64,000 nucleotides of DNA from Selaginella moellendorffii (GCF_000143415.4 NW_003314322.1:621430-685429); one strand, 5' to 3'; positions 30,860 through 43,237 are shown, numbered from the stretch's first letter. Notes: generated from the sequence alone by a model not told the origin. Translations and numbers: made by a program.

Positions 30860-31829
30860 TATAGGAGATGATCTTGTTTTGATAGAAGTTGATGTTACTA
30901 TTGCTTGTGTTCAAGGACAGGGGCGAGGACATGGTTGTAGCTATGATATCCACTGATAAACATGTGATGAGGTTGGCTATACATATTTGTGTTATTATCA
31001 TTTTCTAGATTAACATCTTCCATTTCATAGGTGAAGGCTTTAGTATCAACAATGTCTTATTGGTGCTACTAAAGTGGAAAGTTTGGATAACAAAATTCTT
31101 TCGGGAAACAAGGTGTTATGCAAATAGTGGAAGGATCTTGTGTGAATAAGTCTCTTTCATAAGTATCATTAAGTGTTCACTCGACATCAATTCATCTAAT
31201 GTTTATTTTTCAAACTTGTTTTTATAACAATAAATCTCCTATTATTTTCTCTGTGTTGGTTAATACATGCTAGAATTTATCTTCTATTGCTTGGCCTATT
31301 GCCCATACATTGTTATCTATATTTGTGTCATGTGGCAGAGCCAATTTTCATTTTTTATACCAACAGTTGTATATATGTATATGCACGGGATGAGACAGAC
31401 CTAATTGTGCATGTGAGTGATCTTGAGCTTGAGTTTCAGTTGTTACAGATGGTACTAAATTAAGTTTTTGACCTTATCCTTGGTATAGATTAGTTGCAAT
31501 GCAATCATGCCAAGTGTAACTTTGAAGCCTCTTCCCCTTATCTTATGTTTCTTCATATTTCTTCCATTCTCACTTTTGTTCCTTTTTGTCCCTTTGTTTT
31601 TACCTTTGCTTTCATCATTTTTATTTCCCCATTATTTCCTCATATATTTCTGTTTTGTTCTTCTATTCTCACTTCAAATCCATCTGACAATCTTTATATT
31701 GCAATAGTTGACTAGCTTATGAAGAAGTATGTTAATCTTTTTGAATTTGACTTGTCATTTGGGGCCAAATCCAACTAAGGATGCTAAAGAAAAGTGTTAT
31801 ATGAAAATCGTGGAGTCTTTGGGCATATA

Positions 31830-32026
31830 TGTAAACTCCTGAATTTGGACTTCTCGGTTTGGACTTCCCGGGAGGTCATCCAGCCCAGTACTATTTAAAC
31901 CAAAGGACAATTAACCCCAAATATTCCAATACCCTTAACGATTGAAAAATGGGATGCATTTTTATTCATAGGCCCTTTCCCATTATATTTGAATCTTATG
32001 GATTATCTTTCTTTTGGTTGCTTACA
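31830..32026 (-). mobile_element. Diverged Cassandra-type solo LTR inserted in Gypsy RT
   Basis: TG...CA copy of the LTR including the 5S-like segment; small internal duplication and deletion; degenerate TSD ATATA/GTATG. Confidence 0.88.
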
Positions 32027-32484
32027 GTATGAACTTTATCTTGTCATGAAACCTACTAGGAGTATTTACTTTTGCATCAACTATTGGCCATTAAATGAAG
32101 TAATTATCCCAGATATGTATTGATACTTATATTGCTGATCTTCTAGATTGTCTAGGAAGAAGCCATTGGTTCACCAAATTAAATCTTACTTCTAGGTATT
32201 GGCAAATGTCGATAGTTGAGAATAATGTTCCCAAGATTGCTTTTCTTACACCATTTGATTTATATAAATTCTTAATGATGTCATTCAGTTTTAACAATTC
32301 TTAAGCAACTTTCTAACAAATGATAGATGAGGTTCTTTACAATATACCAAAGGTGACTACTGACTTTATTAATGATGTTTTGTTTCACTTGGAGGGGACG
32401 TGGGAGAAGCACATCTATAATGTTTAAAAGGTGTTGAATCAGTTGTAGAAAGTTGATTTAAAATTAAAGTGGTTGAAGTGCATG

Positions 32485-32678
32485 TGTAAACTCTTGAATT
32501 TGAACTTCCCAGAAGGTCACCTAACTTAATACTATTCAAACCCAAAGACACTTAACCCCAAATATCCCAAAACCCTTAACCAATTGAAAAAAGGGGTACA
32601 ATCTTATTTATAGACTCTTTCTTTTTATATTTGAACCCCATGAATCATCTCTCAAGTTATTCTTTTTAGTTGTTTACA
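32485..32678 (-). mobile_element. Diverged Cassandra-type solo LTR (194 bp) inserted in Gypsy RT
   Basis: TG...CA ends and perfect TSD GCATG; removing it restores the reading LKCMFGSK. Confidence 0.92.
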
Positions 32679-35279
32679 GCATGTTTGGGTCCAAGGATAT
32701 GATTTATCTTAAGTACCACATTTCTCATAAGAGTTTGCAAGTTGATCCAGAAAAAATTATAGCTATTCTAAAGTTCTTTACTCCGAAATGTGTGAATGAT
32801 ATGCAACACTTTCTGGGCAAGGTGCAGTATCTCAATCATTTTGTTGATCATCTTTCTAATCTCTTTCATTTTTTCTGAGAACTGCAAATAAGCCTTTATG
32901 GAACTCAAAGAATTATTAATGATTCCTCCAATTTTGGCATATCCTGACTATATTTGACTTTTCATTTTGCGTGTGGATGCTTTAGATATTAATTTTAGGA
33001 GTCTTTTAATGCAAGAAAGTATGTCTTTGTGGAAATCAATTATAATTTCCCATTCATTTGAGTTGGTGGTGTTTAATTTTATGAGGCCTTTTCCACTGTT
33101 GACTGTTAGTAATAAGTATGTTATTACTATTTTTTACTACTTGACTTGCTAAGTGAAAGTTGGTGTTTTTGTTAATGCGTCTACAATTGCTATTAAATAC
33201 TTCCTCCTCAATTAAATGGTGTTTTAGCATTTATGTCTAAATTCTTTTAGATAATAATCTTACATTTATGGCTGAGGAATTTCACCTTTAACATCTCAAA
33301 GAGTGTCTCCCATCCAACTCCAATATCAAAGACATAGTGATTGAATGGTTTTGTGTGTCAAAATAATAGCAGGCTAAGACATTATTTTCTCTCAGAATAT
33401 ATAAACCTCTACAGTAACAACTAGACTTTATCTGTATGCAAGAGAAGCAATAGCTTTAGCTCTAGCCTTACAACATGTCTGAGAGTAGCTATTGTTCTGA
33501 AGAACCTGCAAGAGTATGAAATGCCTCTTTACAACTATAGCCTCATGATCAAGTAGCTCATGGCTTATATATCAAGTGGAGTAGTGCAGTCCAAAGAACA
33601 AGAGCATCCCAATGCATCAAAATCGACAAAGTGTGCTATATTCATTTGAGTCTCTTGCTTTGTTTGTTTAGTAGTACAAAAATCTATACATGTAGCATGA
33701 GCTAAATTCTGTCTCATGCATAGATGTCCTCCACACCAAATTCTTCCCTTTGGTGACCTCTTGTTCATGGGAAAGGAACTTACTAATCCATCTTGTAAGG
33801 AATGACTTCTTTGCTATCACCAGGACTTTTTTTAATTTTTGGTTCGAGTGAAGCCAGAACCTTAGGTAAGGAACTATAAGAATCTAAGAATCATTAAAAA
33901 TTTACTTTTTCTGTGTTTGTGTCCGTTTGTTTATGTTTGGTTTGGTTTTTTTTTTTTCTGGTTGGGTTGGCTGTGGTTGGAGTTTAGCTTTGTGGAACAG
34001 GCCAACAAGGGGAGTGGACTGGATGTGAGAGTAGAAGAAGCTGCCCCCCTCCCCGTCCACAATGCGCATAGCTGTTAATGCGAACCATGAGGTGGTTGGT
34101 GCATGCGCCCAGCAAGTAGTTGAAGAAAACTTATAAGTCTGCTGTGGTTAAATGGGACTAAAAGGTAACCACAAGCCCTAACTTGTCTCTTAACAGTGCC
34201 TTAGCAGGTTCTGTTAACTTTTAAGTACTAGGAAAAAAGAATAAAAAGAATGCTGAAGGAAATCATGTTCTTAGAGTTCCGTGGCAGAGTCTGTGAGTCA
34301 CGCTGCCACACTTCCCATAAAAATACAGTAAGCTGTTTGCGACCATGTTCTAATCCAAGCTTGCAACTGCCGTAGGGCTCGTAGTGCAGCTAAAGTCGCA
34401 AGGCCTTGAGCACGCTGACATATGTACAACAGTCCATAAATGAAGTCCACTGCTCCCCATTTGGCACTAAGCAGCATCTGTGTTTCTAGAGCATTTTCAA
34501 GCTGATAATATTGTCAGATCTGACAACAATATCAGCTTGAAAATGCTCAAGGTACACTACTTGGTCTTTTGGACTAGGAAGTTGGCTCAAGGATCCAATA
34601 GTCAATGAAAGGCCTGTTCTGTGCTGGGTTACAAAGCAAGACACTATATCAGCGGCAACAGAATGGACAAAACCTAGTCTAACAAAATCACTCAGTAGTC
34701 TTTCAAGGCTCTTTTCAGCCATCCACTGCATTCAAGTGGTCGCAAGGACTTAAAGTCAAGTCGTCCTTGGAGAAACAACAGATAAGGCAGTTCCTTCTCC
34801 TCATTCCCGGCTGCAAATTTGTGAACAACGGATGTTGCTAACATACCCGAAACAACTTCTCGGGCAAAAATCGAAATACAACACCTTGTTAGAGAGCTGA
34901 GGGGCACCTCAAACTGGTGATCATGAAGCTGAAGGGGCACTCGATACTCCACTGTTGAACTGCTCATCAAACAGAATTAAGCAGGAACAAAAGAGAATCA
35001 GTTTACTTGTCAAATGCATTGGCTGTCATGCACAATGCAGGAGCTCCAGGCCTGTGGAACTTGAGGTTGCTGCTCATGAATAGAATTCAGTTAGTACAGG
35101 ATGAAACAAAAGCCGCACAGAATCAAAATCTCTCACAACTGCGAAATTTTATACATTTATATGCAAAGTCTCTGAACCGACTGCGCAAGCTGTCGAGACG
35201 GTGGCGCAAAAATGACACCTGGAAAACCCGAGACCTTCGTTTGGAGCCGAGGCTGGCGAGCATGCCAATTGCAAGTTGC

Positions 35280-35820
35280 TGATTTCCAAGTTGTAGCTGT
35301 TGCTGGACCGTGAGCAAACTCCCCTGAAAAATCCAGAGGTTTCTCGCTCTCCATATTACCCAGCATACTAACGCCACAACCGTGAGTCTCGCTATGAGCG
35401 GCACTTGCTGCATCTGAAGGTCCCCTGCCAAAAGTTGGACTGATGGAGGCATGTCCCACAGAGCCTGGACGGCATGCCGCACTTCTTGTGCTCTCGATAG
35501 TCGATGAAAAGATGTTGAATTGTTTCGTCAGCCGTCCCGCAGAAAATAGAATCCATGGTGTCCGTAACTGCTTTCTGTAGCGGGAGTCCATTAATGAGCA
35601 GTTGCCAGTAGAACCAGCGGATTTTAAAGGGGACAGGAAGCTGCCATAGTGTGCACCAGGATTTTCAATCTCAAGCACCTGTTTCAACTTTCAAGCCTTC
35701 CACATTCACTTGCTCACTTGCCTTTGGTTGCTTGGTGAGACAGCTCGAGTGCCATTTTCTGAGCAGCTTCAAGCAGCGAATATTGGCCTTCAGATGTGGA
35801 AACTGTTGGAAAATGGATCT
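35280..35820 (-). mobile_element. 3' fragment of L1-type LINE ORF2 (zf-RVT region), decayed
   Basis: WCTLWQLPVPFKIRWFYWQLLINGLPL...SIFCGTADETIQHLFIDY, then after a frameshift VCWVIWRARNLWIFQG; both are typical plant L1 C-terminal motifs. Confidence 0.8.
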
Positions 35821-35890
35821 GGACAGGCTGGGGATTTAACCTAGGACCTCCTACACTGGTGCCAGGTGCTCTACCACTGAGGTACCGGTT
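35821..35890 (-). pseudogene. tRNA-like element (pseudo-tRNA / SINE head)
   Basis: Reverse complement AACCGGTACCTCAGTGGTAGAGCACCTGGCACCAGTGTAGGAGGTCCTAGGTTAAATCCCCAGCCTGTCC: degenerate A box and B box at tRNA spacing, with imperfect stems. Confidence 0.7.
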
Positions 35891-36132
35891 GTGTGCATGT
35901 TCAACTTAATTTTAACAGAAACTATGTATGGTTTTGTGGAAACCTATGTTCGGCTTTATAGTAACAGCCGTACATACGTACGGTCTCATTACACAATAGA
36001 TGAAGCTCCTCAGATCTATCTTAATTATAAACTCCCGGGTTAACTACTCAGCTTCAGAAGTCTTCTTCAGTATCCGATACCGATGCTCCAGATGCCAGCG
36101 CCGCTTCAGAAAAAAGAACATAAATCAAACAC

Positions 36133-37996
36133 TTAAATGGCGAGTCTGAGAAACTTACCAAGCTTCTTTGGCACAAAACTCCGATCATTGTGCCAGTCGT
36201 ACTTCCTCTTGTGCTTCCGCTCCAGCTGCGATTCCAGAAGTTCGTTGTCGTGCACTTGCATCAGCAGCTGGTTATCGCTTGCCCCAGCTGGCCACTCCAC
36301 ATCGGTGTGGTTCATGAAGAAAGGATACCTGCACCGAAACGGTTAGAAGGCCACTTCCACAACGACGGACATACCGGTCGCATCCTTCGATTCCAGCTCT
36401 TTCGAAGTCAACAGCCAGGACGTGCGTCAGGCCTTCATCGACAAGCAGGTTGTCGAGCCTGAGGTCGCCGTGCACGCCGCGAAGGGTGGATGCTTGGGCA
36501 TCCTTCAAGCATTTGCGAGCCAGACTACTGATCTTGTTCCACTTGGCAGAAGAAACGGAAAAGACGTTAGTTTTCCTTTGAAGGTCGGTGTAGCCTTCCA
36601 TGTACTCCATGAGCACCATGAGCCAGTCCCCGCTCAGACGCATGGTATTGAACAGCTTCGGAGTACAGCCACGAGAGAACCAGTCGGCGTGAACTTGGCT
36701 CCCGTACCGCTGGCAGAACTTGGCCAGGATCTTGGTAACACCACTGCGTTTGATCTGCTCAAAAGGCGTCGGCAGCACATCTCGGCTATGCTGCAGATCC
36801 AGCACGTAAAGCTTTCCAAAACTCAGCACCATGACACCGCCACCTGTGGAATAAAACTCCTGCAATGGATACGGAAGGTCGACTGCTGCCAACTCCAGCT
36901 CTGCCGCCGGGCGCCTCATCACTGCTGCTCGAAGTGATACGAGCTTCAAGAGCGATTTGCGCAAAGCGACCACCATCCGGCAAAGAGCATCCATCTCCTT
37001 ATGGTTTGTCCTCCGCACCAAGAGGCCCATCTTCAGCGGCTCGACCAGAGGACAGGAAGCAAATGCTGCGCCCGAGACTTTCAACAGTGCACCCGTAATC
37101 TCCAGCAGGAACACCGGGTACCGCTCACAGCGCACCATAACCTCATCGCGGTTGTCGCTTAAATCTCTCACGTAGTACCTGACCACGAACACGGAGAAAA
37201 TATCAGAAAAGAGCAAAGGAAATACATGGAGTGTTAGTACGTACGCGCCTGCTTCCAGGTAGGCATTTCCCGAAAAGCCTTCTTCATTCTTGACCTGGCA
37301 TATAGCTAGCAGCTGCCGCTGATACAGGATCGCGATGTCCTTCTTGCCGACCTCGTCAACCAAAAATTCGAACGGAAGATAGGCTCGCAGCAAAGCGAAC
37401 AGCATCTTACACCTTTCCGCCTCATCAACGTAAGCCATGGAAGACTTCAAACACAACTCGTTGACAAAGGCAGAATCTTTGGCCGTGGGCGTCAGTTCGA
37501 GGCTGTCACACAAGTCCAGAAAGTAGGCAAAGACCGGAGAGACGAGCGCTATCGGCAGACCACGAGCGGTGTCTGGACGGTAGTTTAACAGTGCAGGTGG
37601 CTTGGTGTCCGACATCTGCTCCTGAATGGTGAAGGTGATCATTTGGTTTGCCATGTCAGAGGGGCAGCGGCTCATCACCCGATCGTACGCCTCGGACCCA
37701 AGGTAGGCAACCCGCGATCCTCGGAGTGTAAAGGCCGCCTCTTTCCTTCCTGCCAGACACAAGCCGGCTTGAAAACATCAGAAAACTACCGAGGGAGAGA
37801 GCGTACCTTCGAGTAGGAGCACCTTTGCCATTCCAGCTGGGACATTCAGGTCCCTGAGCTCAGCGAGAGTGAAATCCTTGATGTCGTCAAGCCGGTAGAT
37901 GCATTCATCCTCAAGAGCTTCCACGACCTTCGCGACCTTCTCCTCATCGAAGTGTCGCACCAACACATTCCAGATTTCGTTACCGCCGCTGCCCAT
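36133..37996 (-). CDS. SAM-like + restriction-endonuclease-fold + atypical protein kinase protein (Crinkler/fungal-type), 4 exons
   Basis: ATG at 37996; three short GT-AG introns join the frames. Motifs: LNYRP..GLPIALVSPVFAYF; KKD..AICQVKNEEG; PVFLLEITG; ILAKFCQRYG..VH..TPKL..MVLMEY; VHGDLRLDNLLV; VDFERAG..RYPFFMN..WP..HD. Confidence 0.78.
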
Positions 37997-38559
37997 TAAG
38001 TATTTATGAAACCCTAGACCTAGGGGTTTAGTTGTTGTAATCTTGAGCAGGGAGATGGTGCCGCCGTGAATCTCAAAGCCATGCAAGTATTGATCGATTG
38101 ATTGATGCTGCTGAGAGAGAGGGAGAGAGGAGAGAAAGAGTCTCTGCAGAACCTTGTTAGCTTTGTCGATGGTAATTATAAGAAGATGTATTAAAAATTA
38201 TACATATAATATAGTTTATATATATATATATATAGTATACATAATATTTCTTAAGCATACATTACTAAAAGCACAATGGGAATCATCCATAAGTCTCATA
38301 TAACGTTATAAGGGAAATTTCCCCAAGCACTGACCCTATAGTTCACTTGGGATGCTTATTTGAAACGATTGTAGTAATTTTGGAAAATGATGGAAATAAC
38401 TGAGCTTTTATCCTTACCCAGCACCAGTTCTGCATCAGTATCTCAAGCTGCAATAACTGTATGCTGCAATTAAAGCAGTCTAAAATAAATTAATTGATGA
38501 TTGTATATTATTAAATATGCATTTTGCTACAATACATTGATCACACTTCACACATAAAA

Positions 38560-39220
38560 ATATCATAGTAGCTACAGTTTTTTCTTGTTCCAGTTCCAAT
38601 ATACACATTTTGGCATGTTGTTGTTGCCCAATAGTCAAAGCCTATATTGAATAAGCCTTTATTGCAGCAATAGATTTAAATCTCATCAATTTGATTGAGT
38701 AGTTTTATAAAAGCTAAATCATCTCGGTTCTTTAAATATCCAGCACACCATGTAATAACATGTTTTGAAAGCCATTTCTTTCTTCAGCATTAAATATGCT
38801 TTCTCTTTTGCTATACATATCAATTAAACTGATAGCCACAAGTATATCAAAAGCAGCTATAGCTTGCTTATGAATTGCTATTCCTTTCTGGAAACATGAT
38901 TCTGTATTTTCACTAGCATAAGAGTTACATGCTTTTAGAGTTGCAATCAGTGAATTTTGTGGTGGCAAAATTTTACTACCCGCATATTTGTAATTCATTT
39001 TTATTACTAATTACTGTAAATCTGTAATACAAAACTGTTTCAGCTAGTTTCACTAACTACAATACATGTTATTCTACTTGGCTTAGAAGGCCAGTGCAGC
39101 CAAAGTATTCCCATTCTCCACATATCCAAATCACTACAATTCTTGACACCATGCTATCAAATACTTGCTTGGCAAGATCCATACACCCACATGTGCCCAA
39201 GCACTAAGTGCCTACAACAT
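38560..39220 (-). pseudogene. Degenerate PLS-PPR pseudogene
   Basis: LIATLKACNS...KGIAIHKQ...DILVAISLIDMYSKRESI and DLAKQVFDSM fragments with stops and frameshifts; AT-drifted. Confidence 0.7.
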
Positions 39221-40887
39221 TGAGAAGAATGATACAAGAATGGTCTAAAATTGGTCCCCTTTGTCACCATCCAGGTTAGTTTTTGTGCTACCAATATATC
39301 TTGCCCAGTTTGTTGAGGATTTCAACAATACCATCAGTGAGGAAACACCATGAACTGGAACATGTAATGTACCTTTCTTCACACCATGAATGTTTTTGCA
39401 GCCATTAAACCTACATCCTTTCCATCCGACCAGTGTAAAACCAATATGTCAAATTCTCCTCCAACTTCGCCATCCCCCACCAACGCTAACCCGCACAGGA
39501 GTTGCACCTTGTGACAGTTCGGAACTCTACAATTTGCTGATGTTCTGACCCCGTCTGCATTCACGTGTGGTGCTACCGGTTGATGGCATGGAGTCTCCAG
39601 TGTTTGTTTACCTGGCCGCGATCTACAGGTTTGGGCTCTGTTTCATGTGCTAATTCGACGATGCCACCATTTTGCAGAGATCTCTGCTGTTCAAGGCATC
39701 AACTTATGAAGATTAGACCACATTGTGTCAGGCTGATCTTACATTCAGGGCTAGTGGATGGCGACTGATGTTAATTCGTTTCTGTTGAAGAGCTCAGGAT
39801 GAGAAGAACAAAATCAAGCTGAATTTTGCTTACTGTTATTCCCATTCCACTGTGGCAGGAGGCTTGGAAGTAATATCATACACCACTCTGTTTACTCCTC
39901 TGACGGTGTTGCAGATCTTGGAAACCCTTATGGAAGGTTATATGTTAGACTTTCAAACTGGAACCTTCCTTGGATAAATGAACTTCTTTGCAAAGGCACA
40001 GGAGCTGAAACTAATCCCAGCTACTACCCACCCTCACTACATGCCTCTTGAGCTTGTGAATGCCACTTGGATGCTGGATTTGCAACAAATACTTCTAGGG
40101 GAGAGGACCAATCACCCATGCTTACACACATAGCTTTCAGCATTCAAATTGGGATACTTATTTGCTGTGTGTTTGTCATAGGGGTGTAATTTTTATTGTT
40201 GCTTCACTGTATAAACTTCTATATAATTATGATTTGATATTGTCAATAGAGTTGAGTTTACTTTCACAATTGTTACAAGCTGCTGATGTTAAGTCCTTGG
40301 ATTAGTATTTGATAAACATTCTTCTATTGCCAAATAGAGTTTATTGAATACCTAAGCCATATACAAATGGGACAATAATAACACTACAAATTTTATCATC
40401 ATCCACTTACAGAGTATAAAATGGATAATTTGGTGTTAGTCTATTTCCTAATCTTATAGTATATGGTTTGTTTAAAAGGCTCTTTACTCAGTGGAAGGGA
40501 TTATATTAGATGTTGTGGCAAGTTGGGATGAAATTTGGCATAACATTTAACATGTTAATCCTTTAGAAATTGTGCATGTGTAGTGGTTTAAACACTTTGT
40601 ACAAAATGATTAAGAACAACTAACACCATCTATAAATTATCAATGCTTCCTTTTGATATTTCTCTAGATCCCAGTCTGTTCATTAGAGAATTCTAATTGT
40701 CTTCCATCCTTTCGAGAGGAGGGGTTGAAAGTTTAATTGTACAGTTATGATGCCGTATACTAATATTAATGTAGTAGGATTTTGATAGTTGTCATATTAG
40801 TTTCACACACCTTGTATATAAAATAGGTTTTAGCTATTTGATATGTATATTTCTATATACTCTTTCCATATTCCAATTTAGTCATAA

Positions 40888-40892
<5 letters not shown>

Positions 40893-40985
<93 letters not shown>
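40893..40985. repeat. (AT)n microsatellite, about 46 units
   Basis: Uninterrupted ATAT run; shorter runs near 38216-38234 and 52030-52062. Confidence 0.98.
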
Positions 40986-40986
<1 letters not shown>

Positions 40987-42080
40987 TAATTTTGATGTTA
41001 ATAAAAAAAACCCATAATTGAAATTCGAGATACTGAGTGGGTTATATTATCATAATAAAAAGTCTGGTGGTAGTCCAAGCATGTGGCCATAGTTTGGAAA
41101 AATTTTACTACTGTCATGTTCTTATTGTTGCTACTGCTTGAGGTAGATTCCATCCACTTCTATAGCAAGGTATTTCCTTTTTAGATTCTTTGTACCATAA
41201 CCTCTTTTTGCATGCTATGGTAGTACCATGGATGCTTGTAGGTGACCTTGATCTTCTGAAACTTTTGGCAAGCTAATGTTCACAAGCAAATGTTGGGCAG
41301 AGGTATATGATGATTCCTATTGGACAACATCTGACACAAGCACACGACTTCTCTAAACTGCAATAAGATTCCTGGAGTAACTCTAGCTCCAACAGTAATT
41401 CCAACTCCATCAGCTCCAACATTAGCAGTTCCATCTGCTTGAACTCCACCCCTAATTCCAACACTAGCAAGGCCTCCAAGATCAACTCCCAAACTAAACT
41501 ATTGAAGTGATCTTCCATGAAAAACAAAATGTTACCATTGCAATCACTATTGTTAAACTTTTTATAGTGGTTTTTGTTATTTAGTTTGCTTAAAGAATAT
41601 ATCTAGAATATATTTGAATATTCTAGGATATTTTACCATTTAATGGTTGTTATTCATTTAGATTAATTTTATCTTTATAATATATATACATGTTTATAAT
41701 TTCCTAAACACTTCCTAGTATATTCTAGTTTATTCTACCATCTTAAACTTCCAATTGATCAAATAATAAAAATTACTAAATTGCAGTTATTTATAAAAAT
41801 TTTACTTTTTTACTTTTATAGAAAAATCTGTTAAATCTGCAAAATGAATCGTGTCTATATCGCTATATTATACACTTCCTCTAGATCTTCTCAGCAATGA
41901 TGCGCTGCCCTTCTAACAGCACAAAGGTTTCCATTTTCTTACCACCAATCTTCCTCTTCTCTCCTGTTTGGTGCAACGTGTATGTGAAAACTGGAAAGTA
42001 GAAGAATTCTTCCACTGTAAGATATATATTGCATTAACGAAAGTCAGCAATCTCACAAAATTTAGGGCTACTCTGTGTCT

Positions 42081-43237
42081 ATGGCGTCATTGAGGTGAGT
42101 GTTTCTTGCGATCGGTCTATCGGTCGTAAGATCGAGAATGTGGCAGCTCAAGCAGTGGATCGATGCGCTTGTTCGTGGATTCCTCGGACATTCAAGCTTG
42201 GAAGAAATGGCTTCCAACGGGCGTTTTCTACGGTAATCCATCCATAGTTTTCTTCTATTTGTTTCTTCTTTGGTTTTGAGTCTTGTCTATGTTCTATTCA
42301 GGGGTTACAACAAATCCGTTGCTCCTCAGAGAATCAAATGTAGCATGTCAAACTAAAAGTATCGGCGTTCTTTCGAACCAAGCACTTCGCCTGGTAAGGT
42401 GTAAGGTTTTCTTTTTTGCTTTCTTTTATCAACTGCTATACTACACCGCGTCCTTCCTGATCATCTGTGTGATCGATTTCTTTTTCTTTTTCTGGCTTCT
42501 CATGCAATCCAGGGGGCAAAAGAGATACACTTGCAAGCCTGGGGAAAATCTTCGGACGCGCTGCTGCGTACTGCCTCAGAGCTCGCCAGCATTGACAGCT
42601 CAGTCGTGGTAAGCCTTCTTTCAACTTTATTCGTTTTTTTTTCTTTCTTTCTTTTGTCGTTGCTAGCTGAAGATATTGTCTCCAGGTACAAATCCCTGCA
42701 ACTTATGAGGGCTTGAGAGCTGCCAGCAAACTCAAGGATATGGGAGCTCGTATTGCGTTGATTATATATTCTATGCATCAGGTAGCTCGTGAGTTCCAGA
42801 CTAAGTTTTGAGCTACCTTTTCTTTCTTTTTTTCTGTTCTTCCTTGCTACAAGCAGGCGCTCTTAGCTCTGGGGATCGGTGCAGAATATGTGACTCTGGA
42901 CGTTGGCAAGTCTCCCTCTGACGAAGAATCGAAAGCGAAAATGTGCAGCAGCGTTCAGGTACCGGTCCTAATATTATACAAAGATTCTCCAAACTTTTCT
43001 TTTCTGCAGGGCCTGGTACGTCGGGCAAGCGGTACAACCAAGCAGCTCGTGGCCAACGTACTCAGCTTGGACGAGTTGACAACTTGTTTAGTGGCGTCAT
43101 CACCAGCAAATCAAGCTAATTCCTTCGCTTTGACGCCATCCGCCATAGGGGAGCTGTTTGCGGACAAATTCACCGAAGACATGGTAAACGAGTTCGAAGC
43201 CGCGGCATCAAAGAACAATTTCAGCTTGTTTCTTTGA
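42081..43237 (+). CDS. Transaldolase/fructose-6-phosphate-aldolase (TalC/MipB-type) family protein lacking the catalytic Lys; 7 exons
   Basis: MRLFVDSSDIQAWKKWLPTGVFY|GVTTNPLLLR...|GAKEIHLQAWG...IDSSVV|VQIPATYEGLRAA...YSMHQ|ALLALGIGAEYV...|...EFEAAA; canonical GT-AG introns and no stops. Confidence 0.82.

Larger units (their letters stand above)
31740..33280 (+). mobile_element. Degenerate Ty3/Gypsy pol remnant (RT-RNase H-integrase)
   Basis: Decayed motifs LVMKPTRSIYFCINYWPLNEV, FTKLNLTSRYWQM..KIAFLTPF, LKCMFG...LQVDPEKIIAI...FLGKVQY, PPILAYPD..FILRVDA, FMRPFP...NKYVIT; many stops. Boundaries approximate. Confidence 0.85.

Noticed and set aside
30267-32678. Four ~194-bp repeats as an array or CRISPR-like locus
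   Set aside because: TG...CA termini, TSDs, PBS and PPT identify them as LTRs; the context is eukaryotic and no cas genes are present.
34486-34970. Two short minus-strand ORFs downstream of the LINE fragment
   Set aside because: Frameshifted relative to each other, with no identifiable motif; cannot support a gene.
39300-40140. Exon-like GC-richer patches
   Set aside because: Could not assemble an open spliced frame or recognise a family.
41080-41510. Possible secreted Pro/Thr-rich protein (signal-like exon plus TLAPTVIPTPSAPTLAVPSA)
   Set aside because: In-frame stops and no recognisable domain; at best a decayed pseudogene.
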